Origin: Jatrophihabitans sp.
GTDB lineage: Bacteria > Actinomycetota > Actinomycetes > Mycobacteriales > Jatrophihabitantaceae
Direction: 5' to 3'
DNA: 44,067 nt
Assembly (NCBI GenBank): GCA_036264855.1
Contig: DATAQD010000199.1
Span: 1 to 44,067, forward strand
Made by a program: the position numbers and the translations under genes. The notes under the pieces are model-generated. The model did no database searches. It worked only from the letters and a program-made list of their open reading frames with translations, and was not told the DNA's origin. Shown one piece after another: positions 18,548 to 28,794 of the stretch. Positions within the stretch are counted from its first letter, which is position 1; each line of letters opens with the position of its first letter.

Positions 18548-18988
18548 CTACAGCTCGATCGCGTAGAGAGCGATCTCCGACAGCCCGGTCACCCGGCCCA
18601 GCCCCGCGGCGGCGAGGAGCGACGCGTCGCCCTCGCCCGCCGACGGCAGCGAGGCAACGAGCTTACGGGCCGAGGTGGCTCGCAGCAGCTCGATCAGCGC
18701 GCGCACGGCGTGCGCCGCTGCGGCGTGCGCCGCTGCGGCGTGCTCGCCGTCCGGGGCACACACGGCAATCAACTGAACAGTGCCCGGCCCGCTGGGGCGG
18801 GTAGCGAGCAGCGCGGCCGGAAGCGCGTCCGGCGGCTCGGCCGGATCGGCGAGCTCCCACCACTGCAAGTGAAGCTGCCCCGGGTCCGCCGGTGTGCCGA
18901 CGAGCAGCCGCCAGCCGCGGAGGGCCCGGGCGACGACGGGCCGGCGGGCAAGCGGCACGGCGCGCAGCAGCAGGACGTCGGCGGACAC
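18548..18988 (-). CDS. Hypothetical protein (possibly degenerate GNAT fold)
   Basis: Co-oriented with, and 15 bp from, the BTAD gene; contains an in-frame 15-bp tandem duplication (18706-18735, HAAAA twice). Confidence 0.55.
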   Translation of the reverse strand: MSADVLLLRAVPLARRPVVARALRGWRLLVGTPADPGQLHLQWWELADPAEPPDALPAALLATRPSGPGTVQLIAVCAPDGEHAAAAHAAAAHAVRALIELLRATSARKLVASLPSAGEGDASLLAAAGLGRVTGLSEIALYAIEL

Positions 18989-19050
18989 TGGTCGAACGTC
19001 TCCCTCGGCATCGGCGCGGTCGGGTCAGTGTCCAAGGGTGCGGGGAGCCG

Positions 19051-19068
19051 CTTGCAGATCCCTTGCAT
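19051..19068 (-). promoter_or_regulatory. Two TGCAAG direct repeats at 11-bp phase
   Basis: CTTGCA at 19051 and 19062, same core and orientation as the array at 15346-15374. Confidence 0.5.
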
Positions 19069-19169
19069 CCGCGCGCGGCCTCGCGGAGCTGATTTCTTGC
19101 CCACATCTGGAGTCAGCCCGGTCCTTCGTCGCAGCGATGATCCGCGCGCCCGGCGACGTTTACGCATCT

Positions 19170-19201
19170 CTGCCGAACTCAACCCGATGCGAGTTCGGCA
19201 G
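19170..19201. repeat. Palindrome CTGCCGAACTC-N10-GAGTTCGGCAG
   Basis: Perfect 11-bp inverted repeat; 19170-19192 recurs at 19948-19970 with 22/23 identity. Confidence 0.85.
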
Positions 19202-19304
19202 CTAGGTGAGATCCATGGGTGAAAGTCCGGGCCTCGACCGCCCACGACCCGCGGCCGATGCGTACGTCTGGCCGGGTCCCGTGCGTTGGTGCGAAGATCA
19301 GTCG

Positions 19305-19577
19305 GTGAGCTTCGCGCGACGGGCGGACTACAGAGGAGCGCTGCACGCGCACCGCTCCTGGCCCATCACGATTGCCTTCTGTGTGTTATTCGTACTCGCC
19401 GGGTTTGTCGTGATCGCCCTCGTCGTTGTGCTGGGTGAAGCGCTGGGGTGGTTGCCAGACGTCCCCGTCGTGCTCCAGCTCCTAACTGGTCTCGCGCTCG
19501 GCGTCTATATGGCCTGCGCTGACGCGGCGCACGTGTTGGCGGGACAGCGACAGGGCAGCGACCCACCCGTTAGGTGA
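19305..19577 (+). CDS. Small hypothetical membrane protein (2 TM)
   Basis: Two hydrophobic segments; several codons unusual for the host (TTA, CTA, TTT, GTA). Confidence 0.5.
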   Translation: MSFARRADYRGALHAHRSWPITIAFCVLFVLAGFVVIALVVVLGEALGWLPDVPVVLQLLTGLALGVYMACADAAHVLAGQRQGSDPPVR

Positions 19578-19647
19578 CGCCGTGAGCCGCGGCACCGGAC
19601 TGCGGCATGGTCGCGCTGCGCCGCGACAGCGCCATGGCTGGCGCCGT

Positions 19648-19699
19648 TGATCCACCGAGACTTATGGCTGCCCCCACAGCCACAACTCCGTGTGGATCA
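19648..19699. repeat. REP-like 52-bp hairpin (copy 1)
   Basis: TGATCCAC...TGGCTG-ccccca-CAGCCA...GTGGATCA. Confidence 0.75.
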
Positions 19700-19795
19700 T
19701 GCTCGCGCGACCGTGACGCAGCGTCCGGATGGTCAAGGACGGTCGAGCTGAACTTTCACCCGATCATCGGCAGATCCGGTCGTATGTCTGGAACT

Positions 19796-19847
19796 TGATC
19801 AAGACGGAGTTGTGGTCGCGGGGACGACCAATACTCCTTATTGATCA
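19796..19847. repeat. REP-like 52-bp hairpin (copy 2)
   Basis: TGATCAA-gac-GGAGT-tg-TGGTCG-cgggga-CGACCA-at-ACTCC-tta-TTGATCA; shares CCACAACTCCGT (inverted) with copy 1. Confidence 0.75.
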
Positions 19848-19947
19848 TCTGGATCACGAGCCCGACCATCGGCATGTCCGGATGCGTTCGCGCGCGCCCG
19901 CGCACCAAACTTCGCCCCGATCCCACCCATCCATCCATCACACCGTG

Positions 19948-19970
19948 CTGCCGAACTCAACCCGGTGCGA
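19948..19970. repeat. Second copy of CTGCCGAACTCAACCCG(A/G)TGCGA
   Basis: 22/23 identical to 19170-19192. Confidence 0.85.
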
Positions 19971-20048
19971 ACTCGTTCCACACCGGATTTGGGTAGGGCT
20001 CAGATAGGGCAGCCCGCGGTACGCATGCCGGGGACAGCGGGCTGCCGG

Positions 20049-20459
20049 TTAGCGGCTGCGGGCCACCGCCTCGGCGTCGGCGGCTTCCGGCCCGGGTACG
20101 GCGTGCTCGCTGAGCCCGCGTAGCTTGTTGAGCCAGGCCTGACCCTCGTTCTCCTCCAGCAGGAGCTGCTCGTGGACGTTGCCCAGGCCGGTCCGCACGC
20201 CGGCCTCGAGGGCGTTGCGGAGGTCCTCGGGCCGAGCCGTCAGCAGGTGCCAGGAGCGAACGGCGATCGTGCCTTCGACGTAAAGCACCAGCGCGTCGTC
20301 GAGCAGCTCGGCTGCCCGTTCCTGGATCTCGTCCGCGACCGCGTCGGCCTGCCTGGCCTCGAAGCTCGCGCCACCGGCCAGAGCGACGGTCAACTGGTAA
20401 CCGTCCTTCGTCCACGCGAACTCAGCCGTGCGCCATTCGATGAGGTCTGGTTCTGTCAC
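20049..20459 (-). CDS. Hypothetical protein (136 aa)
   Basis: Acidic globular-looking ORF with high GC3 and a purine-rich upstream region; no family recognised. Confidence 0.7.
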   Translation of the reverse strand: MTEPDLIEWRTAEFAWTKDGYQLTVALAGGASFEARQADAVADEIQERAAELLDDALVLYVEGTIAVRSWHLLTARPEDLRNALEAGVRTGLGNVHEQLLLEENEGQAWLNKLRGLSEHAVPGPEAADAEAVARSR

Positions 20460-20507
20460 CCGCTGCTCTTTCTCTTTCGGTGGGCCGGGCCGCGGCCGTG
20501 GACAGAC

Positions 20508-20750
20508 TCAGTACCGAGGTTCGGCGGTTTCGTCGACGACCGTCGTGCGGCGCTGCCCATGGGCGCCCAGGACGGCGTCGGTGCGATGCGTGGACATCCA
20601 GACCAGCGACACGAGCAGCCCGAGCGCGCCGACCACCATCAGGATGATGCCAGCGGTGTTGATGTTGAACCCGTGCGAGTTGTTCACATTGATCGCGAAG
20701 GCCAGGATCGCGCCGACGGCGATCAGGACCAGACTTGCGCCGATCCTCAT
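20508..20750 (-). CDS. DUF6458-like small membrane protein
   Basis: MRIGASLVLIAVGAILAFAI...GFNINTAGIILMVVG; RBS AAGGGAG. Confidence 0.8.
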   Translation of the reverse strand: MRIGASLVLIAVGAILAFAINVNNSHGFNINTAGIILMVVGALGLLVSLVWMSTHRTDAVLGAHGQRRTTVVDETAEPRY

Positions 20751-20835
20751 TGGAGCACTCCCTTCGTCGGTACCGCGGCACCAGCGAGTGCCGGCGTGAC
20801 AAGGTGAGGTCTACCCAAGGTCAGCGCGTACCCAA

Positions 20836-20865
20836 ACGGCCCGCATACGAGTGGATGCGGGCCGT
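20836..20865 (-). terminator. Hairpin terminator downstream of ssrA
   Basis: ACGGCCCGCAT-N8-ATGCGGGCCGT perfect 11-bp stem. Confidence 0.7.
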
Positions 20866-20875
20866 CCAGCGGGCG

Positions 20876-21249
20876 TGGAGGTGGCGGGAATCGAACCCGC
20901 GTCCTCCGACGCTTCATCAGGGCTTCTCCGGGCGCAGTGTGCGTTGTCTCTACTCGGCCTCACCGCTCATGCACACAAGTCGGTGTGACAGGCCCAGTCG
21001 CTGTGAGTTGTCCCGTCCTCACCCGCGACCGGCGAGGACGGTGAGTCACCTAGCTGATGCCAGCGACCGGGCCGGTGACGAACCCGGGCTGACAGACTTG
21101 CTCAGGCTGTACTAGGCAGCGAGAGCGAAGTCAGCGCGATTGGAATCGGCGCTTATTTTTTTGTGCATCGCTTTTTTAACGAGGTCAGCAATGCGGTCCT
21201 CGGCCCGCTTCCCCTGACTCGACGTACGGAGTCGAGACCATTCACCCCC
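20876..21249 (-). ncRNA. ssrA: tmRNA; tag peptide ADSNRADFALAA (21112-21150)
   Basis: 5' GGGGGTGAATGGTCTCGAC, 3' GCGGGTTCGATTCCCGCCACCTCCA with G3:U70; internal tag frame ends ALAA-stop; smpB nearby. Confidence 0.97.
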
Positions 21250-21299
21250 TTGAGTGGAACCCGTCCAGCCTAGCCCGTTGCGGCAACCCGCCGAGCCGC

Positions 21300-22070
21300 T
21301 TAGCGCGACGAGTCCAGCTCGTCGCGGTCCGGGCCGTAGAACCCTTCCGGCAGCGGATGGGCGCCGCGCGGCTCGAGCCCGGCGCCGGCCGAAGCGTGCG
21401 GCGTCCGGACGAACGACGGCGTCGACGCGAGAAACCGGGCGCCGGCCCCGACCAGCGAGTCGATCACGGCGTCGCTCAGCTCGACGCCGTCGAAGGTCCG
21501 CAACTGCACCGAGGAAGCCCGCAGCTCCAGGCGCTGCAACCGCGCCGCGACGAGCACCTCGCGCGCGGTGGGAGTCAGCACTCGGGTGATGAGTTCGGGG
21601 TCCTCGGCGCCGACGAGGAAGGTCGCGTCGAAGACGGGGTCGTCGAGCTCCTGCCGATGGGGGGCCGCGGCCGGGACACCGGGACGACCGATGGCGTCGT
21701 AGTTGTCGGCCACCAGGTACGGCACGCGCCCGGGCAGCGTCACGTTCAGGGTGCACCAGCGCGCGTCGCCGTCATCGCTGACGTACTCCTCGGCCACCGC
21801 GAGATACCCGTAGCTGACCACGTCCCGGCGGCGCCGTACCCGGGCGGCCTCGGCGCCGCCGCCGAAGATGGTCGGATCGGTCAGGACCCCGCCGTAGCGG
21901 GCAAGGGCGGGAACGCCCGGTTCCGCGTGCGCCCTCGCCCGGGCGCGGCGCGCGCGCAGCAGGTACACCAAGACGATGACGAGGACCGCCATCAGCAGGC
22001 TCGTCCCCGTTGCCGCCTCAACGGCGCGCAGCACCTCGAAGGCCGCCAGCTGAGACGATTCCGACCGCAC
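21300..22070 (-). CDS. Hypothetical membrane-anchored protein
   Basis: Single N-terminal TM, then a soluble domain containing ELDDPVFDATFLV; start uncertain. Confidence 0.7.
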   Translation of the reverse strand: MRSESSQLAAFEVLRAVEAATGTSLLMAVLVIVLVYLLRARRARARAHAEPGVPALARYGGVLTDPTIFGGGAEAARVRRRRDVVSYGYLAVAEEYVSDDGDARWCTLNVTLPGRVPYLVADNYDAIGRPGVPAAAPHRQELDDPVFDATFLVGAEDPELITRVLTPTAREVLVAARLQRLELRASSVQLRTFDGVELSDAVIDSLVGAGARFLASTPSFVRTPHASAGAGLEPRGAHPLPEGFYGPDRDELDSSR

Positions 22071-22079
22071 CCGGCCCCC

Positions 22080-22952
22080 TCACCCCAAACGCAACAGGCG
22101 GACCCCGTTGTCATAGCAGACGGCCCGCAGCCAGTCCTGTCCAAGCCCGAAATTCTCCAACGCCGCCAGCTGCTCGGCGTACGCATACGGGATGTTCGGG
22201 AAATCGGTGCCCAGAACGACCCGGTCGCCGACGTCGCCGTACTGCGCGATCACGTCCGTCGGGAGCGGGCTGATGTCGTTCATGAACGGGGTGCCGATCA
22301 TCGTGGTGTCGAGGTGGACGTTGGGATAGCGCCGCACCAGGGCCAGGTGCTGGGCGTACTCCGGCCCACCAGCGTGCGCGATCACTGCGGCCAGTCGTGG
22401 GTGCCGGGCGAGTACCTCGCCGAACGGTCCCGGTCCGGTGTGCGGACCGGGCAGCGGGCCGCTGCCGCAGTGCACGACCACGGGCGCACCGGCCTCGGCC
22501 AGCTGACCCCACACCGGATCGAGCAGCTCGTCGCGCGGGTCGTACCCGCCCACCTGGACGTGCGCCTTGAAGATCACCGTGCCGGCGTCCAGCGCCGCGC
22601 GCACGTAACGCGCCGCGGCGGGTTCGGGGAAGAACGTTCCGGTCGAGGCGCAGCCCGGCGTCGTGGCGGCGAAGTCGCGCGCCCACTGGGACAGCGACTC
22701 GGCCATGCCCGGCTTGTGCGGATAGACGAGCGCGGTGAACGCCCGCACCCCGAGCCGGTCCAGGATCGCCAGGCGCTCGCGCTCCGGGACCCGGTAATGC
22801 ACCGGCCACGCGAGTCCGTAGTGCTCAGTCCCCGCGTCGAAGTAGCGCCAGACCGCGTCCATGACGCGCTGGGGCATGAAGTGCGTGTGCACGTCGACCA
22901 GGCCCGGCAGCCCGAGCCGCCGCCACCACGCCGGGACGTCGGCGTCGAGCAC
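22080..22952 (-). CDS. Amidohydrolase family protein (amidohydro_2)
   Basis: DVHTHFMP, FKAHVQVG, VVHCGSGP, IAHAG, LGTDFPNIPY. Confidence 0.9.
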   Translation of the reverse strand: MLDADVPAWWRRLGLPGLVDVHTHFMPQRVMDAVWRYFDAGTEHYGLAWPVHYRVPERERLAILDRLGVRAFTALVYPHKPGMAESLSQWARDFAATTPGCASTGTFFPEPAAARYVRAALDAGTVIFKAHVQVGGYDPRDELLDPVWGQLAEAGAPVVVHCGSGPLPGPHTGPGPFGEVLARHPRLAAVIAHAGGPEYAQHLALVRRYPNVHLDTTMIGTPFMNDISPLPTDVIAQYGDVGDRVVLGTDFPNIPYAYAEQLAALENFGLGQDWLRAVCYDNGVRLLRLG

Positions 22953-22977
22953 TAGCGATCCTGCCGTTCGTGCAAGG

Positions 22978-23475
22978 TCAGTCCATGCCCTTGGACCGGC
23001 GGCCGAGCGCGCGCTGCACCTCGCGGTCGGCGTCGCGCTTCGCGAGGTCCTGCCGCTTGTCGTAGGACCGCTTGCCACGGGCCAGCGCGATCTCGACCTT
23101 GACCTTGCCGCCGGAGAAGTAGATCGACAGCGGGACGAGCGTCAGACCGCTCTCCTTGGTCTTGCCGATGAGCCGGGTGATCTCTTCGCGGTGCAGCAGC
23201 AACTTGCGGACGCGACGGGGCTCGTGATTCGTCCAGCTGCCCTGCTCGTACACCGGGATATGGACGTTGCGCAGGAACACCTCACCGTCGTCGATGGTGG
23301 CGAAGCCGTCGACGAGGGACGCGCGTCCCAACCGCAGCGATTTGACCTCGGTGCCGGTGAGCATGACTCCGGCCTCGAAGACGTCGACGATCGTGTAGTC
23401 GTGGCGGGCCTTGCGGTTCGAAGCGATGATCTTGCGCCCGGTCTGCCGGTTGCTCGACGCTGCCTGGGCGTGCAC
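22978..23475 (-). CDS. smpB: SsrA-binding protein SmpB
   Basis: NRKARHDY...[15 protein letters not shown]...RKLLLHR...[10 protein letters not shown]. Confidence 0.97.
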   Translation of the reverse strand: MHAQAASSNRQTGRKIIASNRKARHDYTIVDVFEAGVMLTGTEVKSLRLGRASLVDGFATIDDGEVFLRNVHIPVYEQGSWTNHEPRRVRKLLLHREEITRLIGKTKESGLTLVPLSIYFSGGKVKVEIALARGKRSYDKRQDLAKRDADREVQRALGRRSKGMD

Positions 23476-23477
23476 GG

Positions 23478-24386
23478 TTACAGCCTGACGTACAGGCGCA
23501 AGGTGGCAAAGGCGGTGAGCCCGGCCAGCACGATGCCGGCGATCAGGCCGATGCCCCCGGCGATGAGGACGTCGTTGGTCGACAGATCGGGAATCACCCC
23601 GTTGTCGACCGGGCTCTTGAAGATCCCGTTGAGAACGAAGTGCTTGCCCAACGAGATCATGCCGAGTGCGATCAGACCGCCGACGATCGTGGAGAAGATC
23701 GTTTCGAGCATGAATGGCAGCTCGGTCATCCATCGCGACGCGCCGACCAGGCGCATGATGCTGGTTTCGTTCTTTCGTTGGGCGGCCGCGACTTGGATGC
23801 TGTTCGCGATCAACAGGATGGAGGCGACCAGCACGACGATCGCGACGACGATCGAGAACAGCCGCCCGCCGTCGATGAATTTCAGTAACGTCTTGAGGGC
23901 GGCGCTGGCGTTCGTCGTCCCCGAGACCCCGGGTTGGTCCTTGTACTTGGCCACGAACGCGTCGAAATCCTTGTTGATGTCCACGAGCTTGACGGTGAAC
24001 GACGCGGGCAGGTCGCCGACCGCGGTCAGGCGGGCCACGTCCGGTGGCCGCGTTTCGTCGAAGCGGCGGATCTGCTCGGCCTCGGAGACATATTTCACGG
24101 ACTTGACCATCGGGTCGTTCTCGAGCGCCGTGCGGAGGGCGTTCGTCTCGGCGACGGTCGTCTTGTGTTTGCAGTTGCCGTTGCTCGTGCTCGAGCACAG
24201 ATAGACCGAAGCGTTGAGACGTCCCTCGTACGAGGCTTTGAAGCGAGTGATCTCGGTACTGAGCAGGTAGGTGGCGCCGACTGCGGCCAGGGCGATCGAG
24301 GTGCTCAAAATGAGCGCGATAGTCATGGTCACGTTACGGCGGATCCCGGTCACGACACCGGACACCACGAAGTTGGCGCGCATCAA
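23478..24386 (-). CDS. ftsX: Cell division permease FtsX
   Basis: RRNVTMT...[25 protein letters not shown]...LPF; lies between ftsE and smpB. Confidence 0.93.
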   Translation of the reverse strand: MMRANFVVSGVVTGIRRNVTMTIALILSTSIALAAVGATYLLSTEITRFKASYEGRLNASVYLCSSTSNGNCKHKTTVAETNALRTALENDPMVKSVKYVSEAEQIRRFDETRPPDVARLTAVGDLPASFTVKLVDINKDFDAFVAKYKDQPGVSGTTNASAALKTLLKFIDGGRLFSIVVAIVVLVASILLIANSIQVAAAQRKNETSIMRLVGASRWMTELPFMLETIFSTIVGGLIALGMISLGKHFVLNGIFKSPVDNGVIPDLSTNDVLIAGGIGLIAGIVLAGLTAFATLRLYVRL

Positions 24387-24441
24387 GTCCTTCCTGGAAA
24401 AGCGGGCATTGCAAGCACGGCTGGGGAGAGCCGGAGCACGG

Positions 24442-25131
24442 TCAGCGGCCGACTCCGTACACGCCGCGGTTCTGGTCGCGGATGACCCGTCCGCTGTCGA
24501 GCTCGATCACACGCCGCCGCATCGCGTCGACGATGTTGTTGTCGTGCGTCGCCATGACGACGGTCGTCCCGGTGCGGTTGATCCGCTCCAGCAAGCTCAT
24601 GATGCCCTGACTGGTGTCGGGATCGAGGTTGCCGGTGGGCTCGTCGGCGAGCAGGACGAGCGGCCGGTTGACGAAGGCCCGAGCGATCGCGACGCGTTGC
24701 TGTTCGCCGCCGGAGAGCTCGCCGGGCATGCGCTGTGCCTTGCCGGTGAGGCCGACGAGTTCGAGGACCTCCGGCACCGTCCGCCGGATCGCCTTCGGCG
24801 ACTTGTTGATCACCTCGAGGGCGAACGCGACGTTCTCGAAGACGTTCTTCTTGGGCAGCAGCCGGAAGTCCTGGAACACACAGCCGATCTTGCGACGCAG
24901 GTCCGGAACCTTGCGGTTGGGCATCTTGCCGACGTTGCGGCTGTCCACGTGGACGTTGCCCTTGGTGGGCAGCTCCTCACGCAGCAGCAGCCGCAGCACC
25001 GTCGACTTTCCGGAGCCGGACTGGCCGATAAGGAAGACGAACTCGCCCTTGTCGATCTCGATGGAGACGCTTTCGAGAGCGGGCCGGGCCCCGGCCGGGT
25101 ACACCTTGGACACATTATCCAGGCGGATCAC
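24442..25131 (-). CDS. ftsE: Cell division ATP-binding protein FtsE
   Basis: [46 protein letters not shown]. Confidence 0.96.
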   Translation of the reverse strand: MIRLDNVSKVYPAGARPALESVSIEIDKGEFVFLIGQSGSGKSTVLRLLLREELPTKGNVHVDSRNVGKMPNRKVPDLRRKIGCVFQDFRLLPKKNVFENVAFALEVINKSPKAIRRTVPEVLELVGLTGKAQRMPGELSGGEQQRVAIARAFVNRPLVLLADEPTGNLDPDTSQGIMSLLERINRTGTTVVMATHDNNIVDAMRRRVIELDSGRVIRDQNRGVYGVGR

Positions 25132-25341
25132 GCCCGAGCCTCGCTGCGGTCGTTCGGTCGGCGGACCTGTCGTCCGATGGTTGCCTCGCTGCGCTTGCTC
25201 ACGAGGGGCGAGTTTACCGAACGGTTATCTGTGGGCCGGGCAAGCGGACCGGCGGGCACCCGTCCGGCCCCCGCGCAAGGACGACATATCGGAAATTCGT
25301 GTCGGGCCCGGTTGCTAGCGTCCGATGATGTGGAGGCGACC

Positions 25342-26316
<975 letters not shown>

Positions 26317-26318
26317 TT

Positions 26319-27161
26319 ATGCGACCGGATCAAGCGACGCAAATCGATGTTGGACCCGAGCGCAGCGCGCGGTCCGTGCGGAGCTCCGCCTCCGGCGGAT
26401 CGATATTCACCGTCGTCGAGCACGAGATGCTCGATGCGCGGCGGTACTGGCGCAGCGTGGTCGTGGCCGGGGTGCTGACGCCGCTGCTGTACGTCCTCGC
26501 CCTCGGCATCGGGCTGGGGACCGTGGTCAACCGCCACAGCAACGACCTCGGGGTGCCCTACGTGCAGTTCGTCGCGCCGGCATTCCTGACCGCCGCCGCG
26601 CTGCAGACCGCCACCGGCAGCGCGACGTTCGCGGTCATGGCCGGCTTCAAGTGGATCCGGTACTTCCATGGCATGGCGGCCACCCCGCTGAGCCCGCGAC
26701 AGATCTGCGACGGCAAGGCGCTGTGGGTCGGCCTGCGCTCGCTGGCCAGCTCGGCGGTCTACTTCGCGATCATGACGTGCTTCGGTGCCGTCCGGCGCTG
26801 GGAGGCCGTGCTGGCCATCCCGGCGGCCGCGCTCACCGGCCTGGCGTTCGCGGCCCCGGTGCTGGCGCTGACCGCCTCGGTCACCGCTGAGGGCCAGGCG
26901 TTCAACATCCTGTTCCGCTTCGTCGTTACGCCGATGTTCCTGTTCTCGGGCACGTTCTACCCGATCAGCCAACTGCCCGAGTGGGGGCAATGGCTGGCCC
27001 ACGTCTCGCCGCTGTGGCACGGCACCGAGCTCGCTCGCAGCGCGGCGCTCGGGTCTGGATCCGAGCTCGCCGACCTCGGGCACGTCGGCTACCTGCTGCT
27101 GTGGCTGGTGGTCGGCCTGGCGCTGGCGCGCTGGCGCTTCCGGGTGAGGTTGACCGAATGA
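26319..27161 (+). CDS. ABC-2 exporter permease (NodJ-like)
   Basis: PLLYVLALGIGLG, YVQFVAP, PMFLFSGTFYPI. Confidence 0.9.
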   Translation: MRPDQATQIDVGPERSARSVRSSASGGSIFTVVEHEMLDARRYWRSVVVAGVLTPLLYVLALGIGLGTVVNRHSNDLGVPYVQFVAPAFLTAAALQTATGSATFAVMAGFKWIRYFHGMAATPLSPRQICDGKALWVGLRSLASSAVYFAIMTCFGAVRRWEAVLAIPAAALTGLAFAAPVLALTASVTAEGQAFNILFRFVVTPMFLFSGTFYPISQLPEWGQWLAHVSPLWHGTELARSAALGSGSELADLGHVGYLLLWLVVGLALARWRFRVRLTE

Positions 27162-27217
27162 GTGAGCGAGCACAGCGAGCGATGAGCGCTCGCGCGAAGC
27201 GCGCAGGTGCACCGTGA
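27158..27217 (+). repeat. MIRU-like 60-bp intergenic unit with mini-ORF MSERAQRAMSARAKRAGAP
   Basis: Begins ATGA on the upstream stop and ends GTGA on the downstream start; TGAGCGCTCGCGCGA is shared with 4191-4205 (minus strand). Confidence 0.7.
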
Positions 27218-28038
27218 CTGTCTTGGCTCAGCCCCGGGCGAGCACGGCGCTTCGCGTTCTGCCGCCGGGCATGTACAGCCGCCGCAGCCACATCGTGCTC
27301 GAGCGGGCGTTCCGGGTCTACCGGCGCAGCTGGATGGTGATCTTCTCCGGCTTCTTCGAGCCGCTGTTCTACCTGTTCGCGCTCGGCACCGGCCTGCACA
27401 ACCTGGTCGGCACGGTCATCGGCCCGGGCGGGCATCCGATCAGCTACACCGCGTTCATCGCGCCGGCCCTGCTCGCGGCGTCGGCGATGAACGGTGCGAT
27501 CTTCGACTCGACGATCAACGTCTTCTTCAAGCTCAAGTACGCCAAGCTCTACGACTCGATGCTGGCCACATCGCTCGGACCGCTCGACGTCGCGATCGGC
27601 GAGATCAGCTGGGCGTTGATCCGCGGCGGGCTGTACTCGGCCGGCTTCCTCCTCGTCATGGTCGCAATGGGGCTGACGGCGTCGTGGTGGGCGGTCCTGC
27701 TGCTCCCGGCGGCGCTGCTCATCGCGCTCGGGTTCGCGTCCGTCGGCATGGCGGTGACGTCGTACATGAAGAGCATCCAGGACCTCGACCTGGTCGATGT
27801 CGCCGTCCTGCCGCTGTTCCTGTTCAGCGGCACCTTCTACGGCCTGTCGGTGTATCCGCAGTGGCTCCGCATCGTCGTCGAGTGCCTTCCGTTGCAACAC
27901 GGCATCGCCCTGATGCGCGGGCTGAACGCCGGCGTCCTGGACTGGTCGATGGTCGGGCACGCCGGTTACTTCGTCGTGATGGCAGCGGTCGGCCTCGTCG
28001 TCACCGCCCGCCGATTGGAAGCGTTGTTGATGCGCTGA
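27214..28038 (+). CDS. ABC-2 exporter permease (NodJ-like)
   Basis: SGFFEPLFYL, YTAFIAPALLAASAMNGA, PLFLFSGTFY. Confidence 0.9.
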   Translation: MTVLAQPRASTALRVLPPGMYSRRSHIVLERAFRVYRRSWMVIFSGFFEPLFYLFALGTGLHNLVGTVIGPGGHPISYTAFIAPALLAASAMNGAIFDSTINVFFKLKYAKLYDSMLATSLGPLDVAIGEISWALIRGGLYSAGFLLVMVAMGLTASWWAVLLLPAALLIALGFASVGMAVTSYMKSIQDLDLVDVAVLPLFLFSGTFYGLSVYPQWLRIVVECLPLQHGIALMRGLNAGVLDWSMVGHAGYFVVMAAVGLVVTARRLEALLMR

Positions 28039-28040
28039 CA

Positions 28041-28784
28041 TCAGTCGAGCAGGTACCGCAGGTACATCTCCGGCCGCTCCAAGAACGCGCGCCAATGCGC
28101 GACGAGTTCGAGTTCCGTCCACGCCGACTCGCGGATACCGGAGTCACCGAACTCCAGGATGGTCGCGCCCGGGAAGGCGGCCAGCACGGGCGAGTGGGTG
28201 GCCAGCAGGACCTGCGAGCCGCCCTCGACCACCGCGCCGATGATCGCGAGCAGCCGCAGGCAGGACGTGAAGGACAGGGCCGCCTCCGGCTCGTCCAGTA
28301 CGAACAGGCCGCGTTCGGTCAGCCGCGACTCGAGGTAGGCGAGGAACGACTCGCCGTGCGAGCGGCGGTTCAGCGCGCCGCCGAACGCGGTGGTCGCGCC
28401 GGCGTGCTCGCCGGTCCCGGCGTCGATCGCGCCGAACAGCCCGTGCATCGCCTCGGCCCGCAGGAAGCAGCCGCCCTGCGGCGGCGGGCGCTCACCGGTC
28501 AGGACCAGCGCCCGATGCAGCTCGGAGTCCTCCCCCGCCGATTCCGGGCTCCAGTGCTTGACCTGCGCCGTCAGCCGATCGGCCCACCGCCGGGCCACCG
28601 CCTCCACGAACGTCGACTTGCCCGAGCCGTTCTCACCAACGACGACGGTCACCCGCGGATCGAGCTGCACGCCGTCACGACACAGCTGGCCGATCGCCGG
28701 AAGGTCGACGAACCACGGGTCGCGCACGAGGTTCCGGTCCCGCAGCCGGCGCTCGTCCACGTCGACCCGATCGAGCACGGCCAT
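28041..28784 (-). CDS. Predicted ABC/AAA-type ATPase
   Basis: GENGSGKST, FLRAE, RSHGESFL, LDEPEAALS, LATHSP. Confidence 0.88.
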   Translation of the reverse strand: MAVLDRVDVDERRLRDRNLVRDPWFVDLPAIGQLCRDGVQLDPRVTVVVGENGSGKSTFVEAVARRWADRLTAQVKHWSPESAGEDSELHRALVLTGERPPPQGGCFLRAEAMHGLFGAIDAGTGEHAGATTAFGGALNRRSHGESFLAYLESRLTERGLFVLDEPEAALSFTSCLRLLAIIGAVVEGGSQVLLATHSPVLAAFPGATILEFGDSGIRESAWTELELVAHWRAFLERPEMYLRYLLD

Positions 28785-28794
28785 GGTGGGGTGG

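Noticed and set aside
19170-19970. CRISPR array or canonical integron attC array
   Set aside because: Only two or three copies with irregular spacing of hundreds of bp, no cas or intI gene, and no RYYYAAC/GTTRRRY ends.
11500-20876. Integrase-type genomic island inserted in ssrA
   Set aside because: No integrase and no duplicate of the ssrA 3' end seen in the window; the native-looking terminator follows ssrA directly.
21112-21756. 214-aa ORF ending in ADSNRADFALAA
   Set aside because: The end is the tmRNA tag reading frame; the remainder is a shadow frame.
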